From: Trichosphaerium sp. ATCC 40318
Taxonomy: Eukaryota; Protista; Tubulinea
Assembly (NCBI GenBank): GCA_038496445.1
Contig: JALMLS010000103.1
Location: forward strand, 1-64,000
Direction: 5' to 3'
Length of the DNA: 64,000 bases
Shown here: in pieces, positions 37,128-50,900 of the stretch
Numbering within the stretch: position 1 is the first letter of the stretch
Layout: every line of letters starts with the position of its first letter
Translations under genes and position numbers: made by a program
Notes under the pieces: generated by a model
The model's database searches: none
Seen by the model: the letters and a program-made list of their open reading frames with translations, nothing else
What the model was told of the DNA's origin: nothing

Positions 37128-37838
37128 TCAAGGTATTCTATCGTTTTCCTCAATATGTACTATCTTTGCATTTAGACTATTCACAACATCTCTTGTTAAA
37201 CGCTTTGAAAGTGTTACAGATATAGTATGTATATTCTTATGAACCCTTATACCTTCATTTGTAACATAGCGACAACCAGTAACATCAAGTTCTTTAACAC
37301 CAACCAATCCTTTAATACCTTTATCAGTAACCCTTGTACACTCAAGAATAATACTCTCAAGCCCTTTAAAATCTTTCAAACCAGCATCACTTACTTTAGT
37401 GTAAGAGAGGTTAAGGTGTTTAACTCCTGTACCAACAAGCATTTGAATCCCACGGTTAGTAATCGAGCCACAACCTGTTAAGTCTATAGACTCTGCTCCA
37501 ATTATTTCTTTCAATCCCTTGTTTGAAACGTATGTATAACTTAGATCAATGCTCTTAACGCCCTGTAAAGCACCAAGGTTATCATTTCCAACGACCTTTG
37601 TTATAGATACTTGTGTGTTACGCATTAAGGCATCGTAAGAAGCAAAATTAGCATAACTCGATGTGTTTTGTATTGTAACTCTTTTGTATCCAACCACGTG
37701 TCTTACAAGGTACGCAAAACGTTTACATGTGATACCAAGGTTAAATCTCTTTGGTACACGTCGAATTATCTCGTTTATTGGGTCATTTGGTAGATCATAA
37801 AGCCTAAATTGTTTTAGATTCATGACACGTGCATTCAA
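37128..37838 (-). CDS. F-box + LRR protein (intronless)
   Basis: LYDLPNDPINEII...ITCKRF F-box, then repeats such as LQGVKSIDLSYTYVSNKGL. Confidence 0.9.
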   Translation of the reverse strand: MNARVMNLKQFRLYDLPNDPINEIIRRVPKRFNLGITCKRFAYLVRHVVGYKRVTIQNTSSYANFASYDALMRNTQVSITKVVGNDNLGALQGVKSIDLSYTYVSNKGLKEIIGAESIDLTGCGSITNRGIQMLVGTGVKHLNLSYTKVSDAGLKDFKGLESIILECTRVTDKGIKGLVGVKELDVTGCRYVTNEGIRVHKNIHTISVTLSKRLTRDVVNSLNAKIVHIEENDRIP

Positions 37839-38436
37839 AAATTTCTGAGCTTTGAAAGTCAGTTGGTAAGCAGGTTGGTACTGTTGTTTGTAAATATGGT
37901 AACGCTTTAGCTGTATTAAAGCGATGGCGTTGAAAATACCAATGTTGTGTTGACAAACGCATAAGAGAGCGTTTTGGTACGTTTAGAAGGAGTACTGAGT
38001 CTTTTTATGTTCATGAAAAGAAAAAAAAACTCACGTGCTTCCTAAGTAGGTTACACGTACTGCAGTGGTCTATCCATATGGTGTAGATTGCTTTTATGCT
38101 AAGAGAAGTTGATTCGGCTTCAAAATATATTCGTGGTCTTGGTACCGAGCATTGCTTAATACACGAAACTATTGAACGAACTGATACTTTTTTTCCCCTT
38201 GACTTTTTTCACAGAGTACGAAACAGTTTGTGGTTTGTGGACCATAACGGTTTTTTTTATAACCGACTCAAACACAAGTTCGTGTGGAAGAGGGATTTTT
38301 TTTTGACTTCAGCGAGCGAGAAGCGGAACATTAGTACGCTTTTTGTTGTTGGCAAAAAAATACAGAAATTGAAAGGAACGCTGTTAGATGATTTACTTTT
38401 TTATTGAAAGTGCTACAACGTAAACAATTGGTTTGT

Positions 38437-39341
38437 TTACTTGAGGTGGGCACCGCCAGTCAAGTAGTAGATCTCATCGTTGTTGTTTACACCCCAGACG
38501 TGACCTTGGCAGCCAACATCGATCTGTTTAAGACCACCAGAGATCTTGTTCCATGATCCTTTACCGTGTGGTTTCCAGTAGATGTCGCTATCCTTTTGGC
38601 AACCGAACATACCGTGGTTGGAGGCAGACATATGTTGGAAGCTCTTCTCAGGTAGTTTCTTCCATTTGGAACCCATTGGTTTGTCTGCAGAGACATCCTC
38701 GCGGACGTACAACTCATCAGATTTGTTGCAACCTACAACACTTCCATCATGGCACACAGTCAAGTTCTTGAGAAGTCCTCCAACCTGTAACGTACGAATG
38801 TTAGAGAAAAATATCACGTGACATTTTATTGTTCGGTAAAAAACCCCAAAAAAAAGCGTTGATGTACCTTGGTCCATGATCCAGAGAGACCAGGTCTGTA
38901 GTAGATCTCATCGCCTGCGTTACAACCCCAAACGCGACCATCTGGTCCTACTGAGACGTATTTCAAACCGCCATCGACCTTTTGCCAACCGGCACCCATA
39001 GGGTTGTCAAGCTAATAAAACTTTTAGTATTACGTCATAAAGTAAGAAAACAAAACTGTTTCAGGCGGTTTTGTTTGGGGAAAATAAGACAATGCTTGTT
39101 ATAATATACTACGTACGCAAGCGCCACTACGGTGGTAGATCTCGTTTTTGGCGTTACAACCCCAAACGTGCCCATTAGCGCCAACACTGACTTGTTTCAA
39201 AAGACCATCAACCTTGACCCATCCTGAGGCTTTAACGCCGTCACGAAAGAAGATTTCGTCTTTTTTGTTTACTCCCCAACAGGTTCCGTTAGGACCAACA
39301 GATACGTGAACTAAGAGACCGCTGATTTTTTGCCAGGACAT
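38437..39341 (-). CDS. Tectonin-like beta-propeller lectin, three exons
   Basis: Six repeats of the type WQKISGLLVHVSVGPNGTCWGVNKKDEIF / WNKISGGLKQIDVGCQGHVWGVNNNDEIYY. Confidence 0.92.
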
Positions 39342-40402
39342 GATGTTGCGTTTGTTATGGATGAAAGTATTTGAAGCGTGTTTTTTTTGGTTTACACAAC
39401 TTTTGTGCATCGGTTAAAATGTGTAAAACGTCTTTCCACAGTTCTCTGGTATCATCACAGAGAACTCGCTATGGTTAGATTAAGGGATAGTGAGCAACAC
39501 TTGTCAAAATAAAGAACGCGACTGAGATTTATATGGAACTGCCTTATTCGGCCTATTTCTATGCTCTACACGTGTTACAAACCGTTTTTAATAATGTACA
39601 ACACATTTGCAGTTTTTTTGGAACGCATCGCTTTGATTGGTTTTATGGCGCATTTTCACGTGTTTCAGAACGTTTTTTACAAATACCCAAATTCTTTTGG
39701 GTTAAAGGGTTAAGTGTGTTACACAGTTAAAAGCAACGCAAACTACTCTTTACTGCATGAAGAGTTGTATGAGAACCATAGGCAAAACCGCAATTGAGTT
39801 CTCTGGTTTAGCGTTTTGTGCAGCATAACTAGTACCCCATACATCGCTGCAAGCGTTTTTAAGGGTCTCACGCGCAAAATTGTACTTGTGGCAACACGTC
39901 TACTTTATTGAGGCTCATTCACCACGCAACGACGTAAAAATATAAGAAAACAAAGCTTCTCCGCTGTTTACAATGATTTACACGTAACTAGGTCGTAGAT
40001 TTTTAGATCAAAAAGTCGGCCTACTGTATGTGAATTGTAGCGGATATACACTTCCTCTTTGAGTGACATGTTTTACAAAAAGACGGCGGTTGAGCCTGCC
40101 AATTGCGTCAGTAAAGCGTCAAGAAGCACTAGATGCGTATGCTTGAGCGTTCACGCAGCTAATATCAATTGATACTTTTCAAGATTGATTTGTTGCTTTT
40201 TGTAGTTTATACACCGTTACAACGGCCGTAACCAGCGTCCATGTACTCTAGACTGAGCAAGTACAAAGCAGAGTGCTATTTAGCATGAAATATATCGGTT
40301 AAAACCTCTCTGAGAAAGAACTAGGGAACGAAAAACGGTGACTTTAATAGGAACTATAAATTCAATCTTTCGTATCATTCAAAGACTACAAACATCTACA
40401 AC

Positions 40403-41173
40403 ATGAAACGTACACGCTCAGAATGCGACCAAGGGCTATTAGAATATCAAACGGGGAGGTCAAATCTGTTGGTTAAACGTTTTAAAAATAGTGACCCTGT
40501 AAGAGAGCATTTGGTTCTTCCTTTGAGCTTACTACGACAGACGCATGTTTCAAGTCAAAACAAGAGAAAAGCCGAAAACTTGAATTGCTCTACTCAATCT
40601 AGAAAAAGGCCTCGCACGCATAGAAAGGCCCCTCTAGCTTTAAAGAAAGAGTCAGAAGAGATTATTAAGTTCAAGATCCTAAAACAAATAGAATACTACT
40701 TTTCGCCAGCGAATTTCTATTCTAGCGCTTATATGCAACGTACCTATGCTCAGTGGGATAACTGGTTTCCAATTGACCTCCTTTTGAACTTCCCAAAGAT
40801 GCGCCAGTTGTTCAGTCAGCTAGACGTTACCTTCAAAACAGCTATCTTCTGGGAGGTACTCCAACTATCAAAAAAACTTGTGATAAACAAGAACGGAACC
40901 TGTATCCGGCCAAGACTCGACATTGCATCTATGAGACGGCGCACGCATACGTTTTCTGTAAATTTCTGCGTAAAAAGCTACAAAGCTCGCATCCCAACAA
41001 TTGAGGAGCTTAATGATTATTTTGGTTGTTCTGGGCTTATACTACGCATCAAGGTTACTCGCCACAGATCAGGGTATATAGCGAGGATAGAATACGGGTG
41101 TAGAGAGTCTGCTGTTCGCGCAGTCGAGCGTGGGCATGCTGATGGTACCGTGTTTTTGAATGTAGTACAATGA
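40403..41173 (+). CDS. La-motif + RRM protein (La-related), intronless
   Basis: ILKQIEYYFSPANF...WFPIDLLLNFPKMRQL...IRP (La winged helix), then an RRM-like segment (EELNDYFG...ARIEY...AVRA). Basic N-terminal NLS-like stretch. Confidence 0.88.
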   Translation: MKRTRSECDQGLLEYQTGRSNLLVKRFKNSDPVREHLVLPLSLLRQTHVSSQNKRKAENLNCSTQSRKRPRTHRKAPLALKKESEEIIKFKILKQIEYYFSPANFYSSAYMQRTYAQWDNWFPIDLLLNFPKMRQLFSQLDVTFKTAIFWEVLQLSKKLVINKNGTCIRPRLDIASMRRRTHTFSVNFCVKSYKARIPTIEELNDYFGCSGLILRIKVTRHRSGYIARIEYGCRESAVRAVERGHADGTVFLNVVQ

Positions 41174-41450
41174 CTGTAAATAAAATAAAGTGACTTAATA
41201 CCCAAGTATTGACTTTTTTTTTTTCAAACATTTCGCTCTGCTATACTTACTATAAATCGAAGGTGTAACGTAAACAAGTACACCACATTCAAGGGTTATT
41301 GGTATTGAGCTTGAGAGGTTACAACAATCATTCATGATGAAGTTAGGATACAAAAAAACAACTTGTACAAATTTACCCTTTTTTATCTTTTTTGTTTACG
41401 GGGCTTATGAGTTCTTGTGTTTTCTATCGTTTCTTATAGTTGGTAAACAT

Positions 41451-42695
41451 TTACAAGTCTATTTCCATTGTATTGACATCGTTGGCATTAGTTTCAGGTC
41501 TTGTTTGCATAGTGCTTCTTGCTTTATCCAATTCTGATCTAATTTCGTCTTGCTCCTTTTTGTACTTCAAAGATTTTAGTTTTCTTTGTAAGTATATACC
41601 AACAAACAGAGCTATAATTAGAGCGAACACTACAGCAACGACTAAACAGAAAGGTTAATCAAGGTAAATAAGTTCAATTAAATTGTTTCGAAAAATCACG
41701 TGATAAAAGTTCCTAATTTTTTTTTTCAATTCAATTAAAGTGGCGTGCCTATTGCAACTATCAAGGCAAGTGAAACTTCACATGTATTGTCTGTTGTCAG
41801 GTTAACAACTGCGACATTATCTTCTCGTTCTAATCCATCATTTTGAATTACAGAGTAGCAATCCTTCGAAAAAAAACCTATCAGCAAAAGAACATTTTTT
41901 GCTTTGTTTTATTACAGACCTCTATGAATGCCACAGTTACAGCAGCAGGATTGAGTATTGTCAAATCGGGTGACTTTATCAGCTCTACCTTTTTAACATC
42001 CTTATTAAGGTGGATAGAAATACTAAGGAAAGGTCCAACTATAGTCTCCTGCAAAAAAAGATAAGTGGTAAAACGTTTTCAGAAATTATGTTACGCACGT
42101 TTACGACATAAATAGTAGATTCGACAGACATGAAAGTAAGATGTACAACTGTACCAATGGCAAAAATACCTACGAACCAAAGTGTCAAAGAGGACAGATT
42201 GATTTCGAACCAATATTTCGTAGTGTTTTAAAAATTCTTTTTGTGGCTTACCTTCTATAACAACTATGCCGTCTATTGATTGGTTTTTAGCGTCGTAGCT
42301 TCGTTTAATAACACAATTACTCAATATCTTTTGTGTATCATCACACTCGACTGTAGGGAACGTAGTTTGGTCTTGAACTTCTTGGAGATCACGTTTTGAA
42401 CTAAACACAGCATGTAAACAAAAACTTTTGTATCAAAAAACGACGCGATATTTCGTTTTGTTTTGGCTTTTTAAGATAACACGTGGTATGAAGAAGCGTT
42501 TTTTATGTTTGGGTTGTTGTTTACGGATGGATTAGTCTCACCTGTGTGAATATCCATCTTGGGTATTTTTATGGGCCATACATACCTAATAACGTATTAA
42601 AGGGTAACTAGAGCTAATATTTTAATTTAGCGCTTATTGCCACTTACTGTAGTTATTAATAATGCGAAAACTACTACTGTTCTTGAAAGCGCCAT
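41451..42695 (-). CDS. Small single-pass membrane protein of unknown function, multi-exon
   Basis: Signal-like MALSRTVVVFALLIT, Cys-containing ectodomain exons, TM ...VAVVFALIIALFVGIYL followed by QRKLK, stop at 41451. Confidence 0.6.
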
Positions 42696-43459
42696 TTCGT
42701 TGCCCGAATCAAGGTTCAACCGGGATCACGTGCCTTTTGCTTTTAAGTCAAGTTTTATTCAATTCTTTCAGAATTTAGTTAAAATCGGATACTTCCTTAT
42801 TTCCTAAATAGCTCTGAGCCTTTGTTCTGTTTCACTACATTTCGCAATTGCTTGTAACCTTATTACATGCATCTTGATAGCTGACACAACTTGTGTTGTC
42901 CGTATGGTTCGAGGTAGCAACAAACCCCAGGATGCATAGAAACAACCTGGAGTGATTTCAAAAAACACAAAGATCTCATTCTAAAATCCATTTGTGATTT
43001 TGTTTGACATTGTGCTTCCAAATTTTACCAAGCAACAACTTACGGCTTCAAAGTGAATTACATCTATGTATCTTACGTTCACTATTCGATACTTTGACAT
43101 GTTTATCATCTGGTGGTGTTTAAGACAACCGTATAGTCTATTTGTGCTGCTCACTCTGAGGGCTTATTGCCCATGTCTGTTCTCAAGGATCTTGTACACC
43201 ACGAAGTCCTTGATACATGGAAACAGATTAAACATTTTAGATAAGACGTATATTACGACACAACATTTTTTCTTCCCCATTAGACTGTACTCGGTCAATG
43301 GGACCTGGTTTCTCCTCAAAAATCAGGTGGAAAGGATGGAAGGGTTCAAATTCCTTAACATTTCAGGGCGGGAGATCGGTGTACACGAAGTGTGTACTAA
43401 AAAAAATTAAAAAATTTACAGAAAAAAAAAATTTGTCTATTTGACCTGCAAGTCGCTTT

Positions 43460-43616
43460 TTATTGAACTACGATTATATAAGGCAATTGTACACCTGCCA
43501 ATGACTTCAAACCTTCGTCTGCTACATCGATACAAGGTAAATCGCTTGTATGTATGCCTGCCAATGCTGCAATACCTTCAACTACCCTCTCGTTCGCGTT
43601 TGGTCTACTGAATGTT
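43460..43616 (-). pseudogene. Degenerate LRR repeats downstream of the F-box/LRR stop codon
   Basis: EGIAALAGIHTSDL and VADEGLKSLAGVQ lie in a different frame after the main ORF. Confidence 0.6.
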
Positions 43617-44529
43617 CTATGACTCTCTTTTGGTGAATAACAAAGGTTCGTATTTGTTTCTTTCCCATCCCTCAGCAAGTGCTTTGATGCATTCATTTGT
43701 AATACTCTGACACCCTGTAAGATCAATGCTATGAGCATCAGCAAGTGACTTTACACTTTCATCTGAAATATTACAATCACTGAGATCAATTGTATGAACG
43801 CCAGCAAGTGCCTTGACACCTTCATCTGTAATACGATTGCACATACTTAGATCAATAGTGTGAACGCCTGAGAGTGCTTTGACACCTTCATCTGTTACTG
43901 AGGTATGTTGGAGATTAATAGTGTGAACTCCTGATAGTGCCTTTACACCTTCATCTGAAATATTGCAATCACTGAGATCAATGCTATGAACACCAGCAAG
44001 TGCTTTGACACCTTCATCTGTAATGTATTCACAAAAACTTAAATTGATAGTATGAACACCTGAAAGCGGTTTGATTGCTTCATCTGTAATGTTATAACAA
44101 CAACTTAGATCAATACTATGAACACCTGCAAGTGCTTTAACACCTTCATCTGAAACATCAGCACAACCCACGAGGTCAATGGTATGAACACCAGCAAATC
44201 TTTTCAAAATACCAGCGTGCAAGCTAGCAAACATTACTACGATTTCTGTGTGCTGTAGAATGCCATTGTATTTCAACAGGTTAATTCGATCTCCACTTGA
44301 AATTGTAACAATGTCGTAACCAACAACATCGCGAATGATAGAGGCAAAGAGATTACAGGTTTGGCAAGCTGCATATCGTGATTTCGTCGTTTGACGTAAA
44401 ATATGAGCCAAAATCTCTGAGGGTATGTCTAAAATGCATAGTGGTTTGCTAGCTGTATGTTAGATGGCGAATGGTGCAATATTAGTGCGTATACCTTTGA
44501 TTTGCGGTTGCTGGTTGTATTTCTGCCAT
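43617..44529 (-). CDS. F-box + highly regular 24-25 aa LRR protein with a probable 5' intron
   Basis: MAEIQPATANQS|KPLCILDIPSEILAHIL F-box, then about 8 near-identical LAGVH(T/S)IDLS.C.ITDEGVKA repeats. Confidence 0.9.
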
Positions 44530-44936
44530 ATTGTAGCTACAATAGTCGTTACTGTCAAGGTGTGTATGCAATAGTATCAAGTGATGCTACGAAGGTGGTC
44601 TGCGAGTGAAAAACAGTTTCCGCGATCACATTTCTTCGAAATCCGCTCTTTTTAGTTTCACCCAAACTTCTTTTTATCTGCGTAGATAAATGGATCAAGT
44701 GAGTGCATTACTTAGGCGCAATAATAGTTTCTTCTTCTATTCTGAAACTTTAATCATCCAGTTCGGGCCGGTGCTGTAGTAAAACATTCAAAATTGCTTT
44801 CTTTGTCAGAACTGTGTCTACCAAATTTCGCGAAAAAGTCTGTAACATAGTGCACTTGAGGGTACTATAACTTTAGCTGGTACTAATAGCGGTAGTTAAA
44901 GCGAGATTGAATATTCAGTTTGGATTTTTTTTTATT

Positions 44937-47900
44937 TTATTCTGTATTTGGTACAATTCCTTGGTTTAGCTTAGACAACATTGCCTCAATAGATGCTATT
45001 TTGTCTTTTAGGTGTTTATTCTCTTCCTCTAATGTTTTTATCCTTCGGTATACGTTAGCATAAAGTTCATATAAATGAAAAAAAAAGTAAAGATTTGAGG
45101 AATCTGTTTTCTTTTTTTTTTTTCTTTCATACCTTTCATCACTTTTCTTTACATAGGCATCAAACTTGTCAGTTACACTATCAACATCTTGTTGTAATGC
45201 ATTGGTTCTAATAGCAAATAATGAGTATTTCGTAATAAAGACGTAATAATAATCAAAGGAAACTGATTGTTTAGCTTGCGATAAAAAAAACAAGAGAACG
45301 CACTTTGTGTTCAACAAAATCCTGAATTGAGTACCAGTATCTTTTACAATAGCATTCGTCTCTTTTGCAGTAGCAAGAAGAGCTTGCAAACGCAAGCTAC
45401 TGGCCTAAGGTTTTCTGTTAGAAAAGGCTCAAGTAGACTAAAGGTTGGTTCATACGTTGAGATCAGTTACTCTGTTTGCACCTCCATGTTCTTCAGGGTC
45501 AACTTGTTTACATTGAAAGATGTCTACAGCTTCCTCTTTTGTACCAGATCTCCAACCAAAAGACTTTGGATTCATAGTCTATTATGATAGGCAACACATT
45601 AGCACCAAAAACGTGGGCAGTAGTCTCTTTTGTTGTCGAAAAAACGTACATCATTTTTGTAAAATTCGTTTTCCTTTGTTTGAATACCAGTGTTAACAAA
45701 AACATCCTCTTCTGTCCATACTTTCTCAGCAGCCTTTGTTCTATTTTTTCTACTGAGCGGTACGCTCTCAATACCTACGTAGCTTCCAAAGCTTCTACAT
45801 CTAACCTTTCTCATCTCTAGTACAACAATGAGAAAAACGAACTTGCAAAAGCTAAAAATAGCGTGTTGACTTACCAATAAGGAGGTCTGTTACAAACGCC
45901 TCTGATTTAATGTTTGAGTATGTTTCGATGTTGTCTGACCTCAAGGCATGCGCAATACGCAGTACTCCGCATTCTGCAAGTTTTTTTGCACCGTCCATTG
46001 CTGTTGGAACAAGTTCAGATATTTGGGCTTCATGTGATATTGTTATAGTTGAGGCGATGCCATGAATGACGCGATCGAAAGATGTTAATACTTTAAGAAG
46101 AGACGCATGATTTGTGGAATCATAGTCATTCAATATTTGATCAAATGGCGTTTGTTCATAGTCGACTATAACATCACCCTAAACACATAGTAAGTCAAAA
46201 CAACTTCTGTCTAGAAACGCTATCAAAGAGCGCAGAGTTTGTCCTAGCTAACTATGTAGAGTTTGCAACATTTACAACAGTTTTCTATGCCATTGCTGAC
46301 CATTGTTTAACTCGCGAGCATGTAGACGTTTATTGAAAAGAACAAACAATAATTTTTGTTGAAGTGAACACGTCAAGAAAAGGGTGTTAAAGTCTGAGTC
46401 AGACAAGAAGGGATTTTTTGTTTTAGACGTGTTAATCGATAATAAACGTACCGATTTTAATGTTTGGAGTTTTAGGAACACCTTCTTATCTGATATGAGG
46501 CCCAAAAAGAACTGAGAAAGAGCAAGACATATCGTATCATAACATAACTTAAGTTGGTGTTTGTTTGTAATATGATAGTCCATTGTCAAGGCACGGTGCC
46601 TTTTATCTTTAAGAGAACTTTTATTACCCGCATTGAGACGCTTCAACTTTGTTGAAATGTCTTTTGTAATCTAAGAAAAAAATAAGAAAGAAAAAACCAG
46701 AGAAAAAAAGTAAGGAGTGATGGAATTAGCTGTCACTTTTGACAACTTATGATTGTATTCAGCTTGAAACACAATATCGTAGTGGTTCTTGAACAGACAT
46801 GTGTAGTGTAGCTTATGTTTTGTTTGAAGAATTACGGAAACGAAGATGTTTTTGAGGTAGTAAAGGTGAAAATAAAAACGGAAGTACCTTGTCCCTGACT
46901 TGTTCATAGAAAGGAAGGACGTCAAGTCCGTATTTTGAGTAAGTATGCATTACGCTCTCTTTGATACGTTTTAATACATCTCCATTTGTTGATTGTCCAG
47001 TTACCGTATTGAAGTGAGCGACAAGTGATGTTTTAGGTACATCAACTGTAGGCTCTTTTTTCTGTTGTATCTGTATTTGCTTCTTTACAATAACCTCCCT
47101 CTTAATTATTGTTTGTGTGATAGGTTTACTATAAACCAAGGTATTAAGTAAGCTTACATTTAATGATGAACTTACGGAGGTGGTTGTTGAATTTGTGGTT
47201 GAGGTGCAGGCGCTGGAGCTGGAGGTGCTTTCGCAGCTTCTATTTTTATTGCTTTAATTTCTTTTGTTTCTTTTTTGAGTTCCTTTATTTGCTTTCTAGA
47301 TGGTCAAGTCAGTACGCTTAAAGAATCGTGTATACAATACGTAGAAAAGAGATGACATTTCGAAGAAAACTCAAAAAAAAAATCCGATAAAAAAAAGGAC
47401 GTACTGGAGTTTGGATATCTTGGTGTTCATCGATGATACTGATTTTTGTAAAGCATCATCTTTAGGCTCTTCGTTTGGTTTATTATTGACTATGTTGGTG
47501 ATTTGCTCAATGGGTTTTTCGATTATCTTTACTACCGGCTTGTTGTTGGCTTTGATTTCTTTGATTTCTGTTTTCATGTCATTCAGTTCATTCCTTAGAG
47601 ACTCTGTCTCTTCAGTGACATCAATCACTTTTACTGTTTCCTGTTTCTCCTTAATCATTTTTTTCAAGCCTTTCAGTTCTTTCCGTAATGACTTTGTTTC
47701 TTCAGTGACATCAACAACAGTTACAATTTCTTCTTTTTCGCTATCACTCTCATCATCACTGTCTTTGTTTTTTAACTCACTGAGTTCGTTTCTTAGAGAC
47801 TTAATATCATTAGCAGCATCAGTAACTCTGGAACTGATATCCCGCGGAGGCATTTGTCTCATCAACTGGCCAACATTGGTACTGCAAAAGGGAGGTTAAT

Positions 47901-50900
47901 ATCCAGATCTCTTACAAAAAAACTTCGTACTTGAGCCTTGCAACGTCTCTTTTTACAGCTTCTAATGCTTCGGCTTTTACACCAACATATTCTACTCTCG
48001 GCATCTTGGGAGATTCTATTTCTGTTGGGGCATTGGCTTCAGATGTCACAGTTTGCTGAGGTGGTGTTTTTTTCTTGGTTAGCTTTGTAACTTTTGGCGC
48101 CTTGGAAGAAGATTTAGGCCTACGTTCAGATTCTCTCCTTGGTTTAATAGGTGACTCCGAGGTACTCGTTCGTTTTGATGCTTTAGGATTTGATTTGGGT
48201 GTCTTTGGGGATGAAGACACCGGTGCTGGATTCTCTGAAGGTGTTGGTGTTTGTGCTTCATTCTTAGGGTTTTTAGGCGTTGAGACTGTTCTTGTTACTA
48301 GTTCTCTTGCATTAGAAGTAGCGCTTTTCTTTACTTCAGTCTTAGCAGCTTCAGATTTGTTGACTACTTTGGATATATCGAACGATTCTTCTTCTGAGTC
48401 TTCATTGAAACGTGATTTTTTTGATACGATTGGAGACTCATCATCTGTAACATCAACTTCTTTACAACGGTAATACTTTACTGCGTTCTTAGCTGTGCCC
48501 ATACGCCATCCGTACGTTTTGACGGACATAGACTATATCATTGTGAGCAACAGTTACCAAAAAAAAGTGAAGCTAAAGTTGTTTTTCTAAAAAGTTGTGC
48601 TTGCAAATCAGAAGTTCGAAAGGATGAACGATTTCTCAGCTTAAAATTTTGAATTGTTGAAGTTGGTTTCCAGAGAAGGGATGTGATAAACGACGTACAG
48701 AATTGATGAAGAAACGATTTTCAGATGTTTTTATTCCGGAAAGTGTGAAAATGCCGTTCTCTGTCCAAGGCTTCGATGTTTTTCCTAGTGAAGCACGTGT
48801 AATGGTTATTATTTTCTTCTTGATAAAGTTTTGTAAATTTTTTGGTCTCACAAGCCTCATACCTAAAAGAGAATTAAAACCAAAGGTACCAAAAAAAAAA
48901 AAAAGGAAAACCATGCTAAACTCGTAGCACGTGGTACTGATTGTTTTTATTGAGTGTGATGTGATAATACATGATATCTAATGAGTTAGAAAACGTACCA
49001 ATGAGCAGCTGATGAGCCATGTTAGTTGTGTCATCCTTATCAAGACGTTTTGTAATGTACTTATTTTTAAGAGCCAATACCATTCTTAAAACAGCACACT
49101 CTCCTAGTTTAGTAGGTCCTTTTTTATCAGCACAAATAAGGCGTTTGATTTGATTTTCTTGTTGGAAAGATAGAAGCCTTGCTACAAGTTCACTGACTTC
49201 ATCCATAGCGCGGAAACTTGGCATTAATTTAGCAACACGTTTTGCTTTCTTCGTTTTCTCGTTATCTCTGTACTGCCCGTACGCGAATGCGGATAACTTC
49301 ATGAGTTCAGGGACACCAGTGAATGGTATAGGTATTATCTAGGGATCACGTGAGAACGAAGCGTTTACATAATGGAAGCGAAGATTGCTTCGGAGTTAAT
49401 CAAGTCAACGTACTTCTGCAGCTAGTGAGGTAAGTTCAAGACTTACTGGTTGTGCTATAGCCACTTGACCAGTTGCTACAACTAAGAAAATATTTAGAGG
49501 TCACTTGAGGGAATTGCCTTAGAGGTACCTCTCATGCCAAGGAAGAACTGACTCATTTTTAGGCGAACAACATCATAAAAGATTTTCATTTGCTGGTTTT
49601 GACCAATATACTTCTTCTGTTCTATAGCACGTTGCTTATCATCATACTCAATCATAAGTTTCTCATGCTCTGCTTTAAGTGCTTTGACTTCTTTTTTTAT
49701 TATATTTCTATCTTTAGCACCTGTTGCGACTTTGCTTTCAAGTTTCTTTAACAAACTAGCAAACTTCGCTTTTTCCATTCCTCGTATTTTCTTAAGTTTC
49801 TTCTCAGACTCTTCGCATTCATCAACATACTAAAGAACAAGATTACCAAGTATTCCAAACGTTTCAACACGAACATACCTTTTCCTTGCACTTCTCAAAA
49901 CCCTCTTTTTTGTTGTACTCAACGGTGACTTTAGAGTATTCTTTTTCAATCTTTTTTGTTACTTTTTCAACAGCAGTTTCGACTGTTTCATCTTCGTTGA
50001 CATCAAGAACACCCTCGGCATACTTTACTATAGATGCACGAGCATCATCTACTATATCTTCAACAACTTTTCGAAGTTCTTCGACTTCTTCAATAGGAAA
50101 CGAAGCAACCTCTTCTTCAAGGTCGGCCACCTTTCTTTGAAGCTCTTTTCTGTAAGTTTGTAAGTTTTACTGTAGGCACTCTTATCATTACGTCATACCT
50201 ATACTCTTTCTCTTGTTCAATAGTATCCCATATTTTGCTAACGTCTTCTTGAACTTTAACTAAAGCTCTAGCATTGGCATCATTGATTTTTCCCTAGAAA
50301 CAAAATGAGCAAAAGACATCAACAAATATTATATGATCGATGTACCTCCTTTTCTGCTAGTTCCATTGTACTATCAATTTCTTTCAATATAACTGACCAT
50401 GAAGGCCTATCAGTAGGATCTTCCGCCCAGCAGTTCTGAATAAGATTTCGAACAACAGCAGGTATTTCTTCATCAAGTGCTGGTCGCTCTTCGGAGATGT
50501 CAAGTTTGGATTTAGGGTCACTATTACTGAATATCTAAACCAAAGTTAGGCAATCAAATAGCTTGATATGTATCAACAACGACGTACCTGCCATGTCACT
50601 ACACCAAAAGAATATATGTCACTCTCTGGGATAAGGAAAGGCCATTTTTTGAACTCTGGAGGTCTATAAAAAAAAGAACATCAGAATAAGGTTGACTTCG
50701 GGTTTCTCGTTCTTACCGCGTAAGGTTTAGAACTTTTTCATTTATATTAGGATCAAGTAATCCGTAATCTGTAAGCAACGCTCGTTTCCTTTGATCTCCA
50801 GTGACCTAAGTGGATTGATCTTAATGTCAACTGTATACACAAAGCGAGCGTACAATGATAATATTTGGTGTACAAACAGAGCCATGTACTATCCTCGGGT

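Noticed and set aside
43700-44200. CRISPR-like array
   Set aside because: The repeats are in-frame coding LRR units without unique spacers, in a eukaryotic context.
47411-48473. Long plus-strand ORFs (162 and 132 aa)
   Set aside because: Antisense shadows of Lys/Glu/Ser-rich exons of the minus-strand Roco-like gene.
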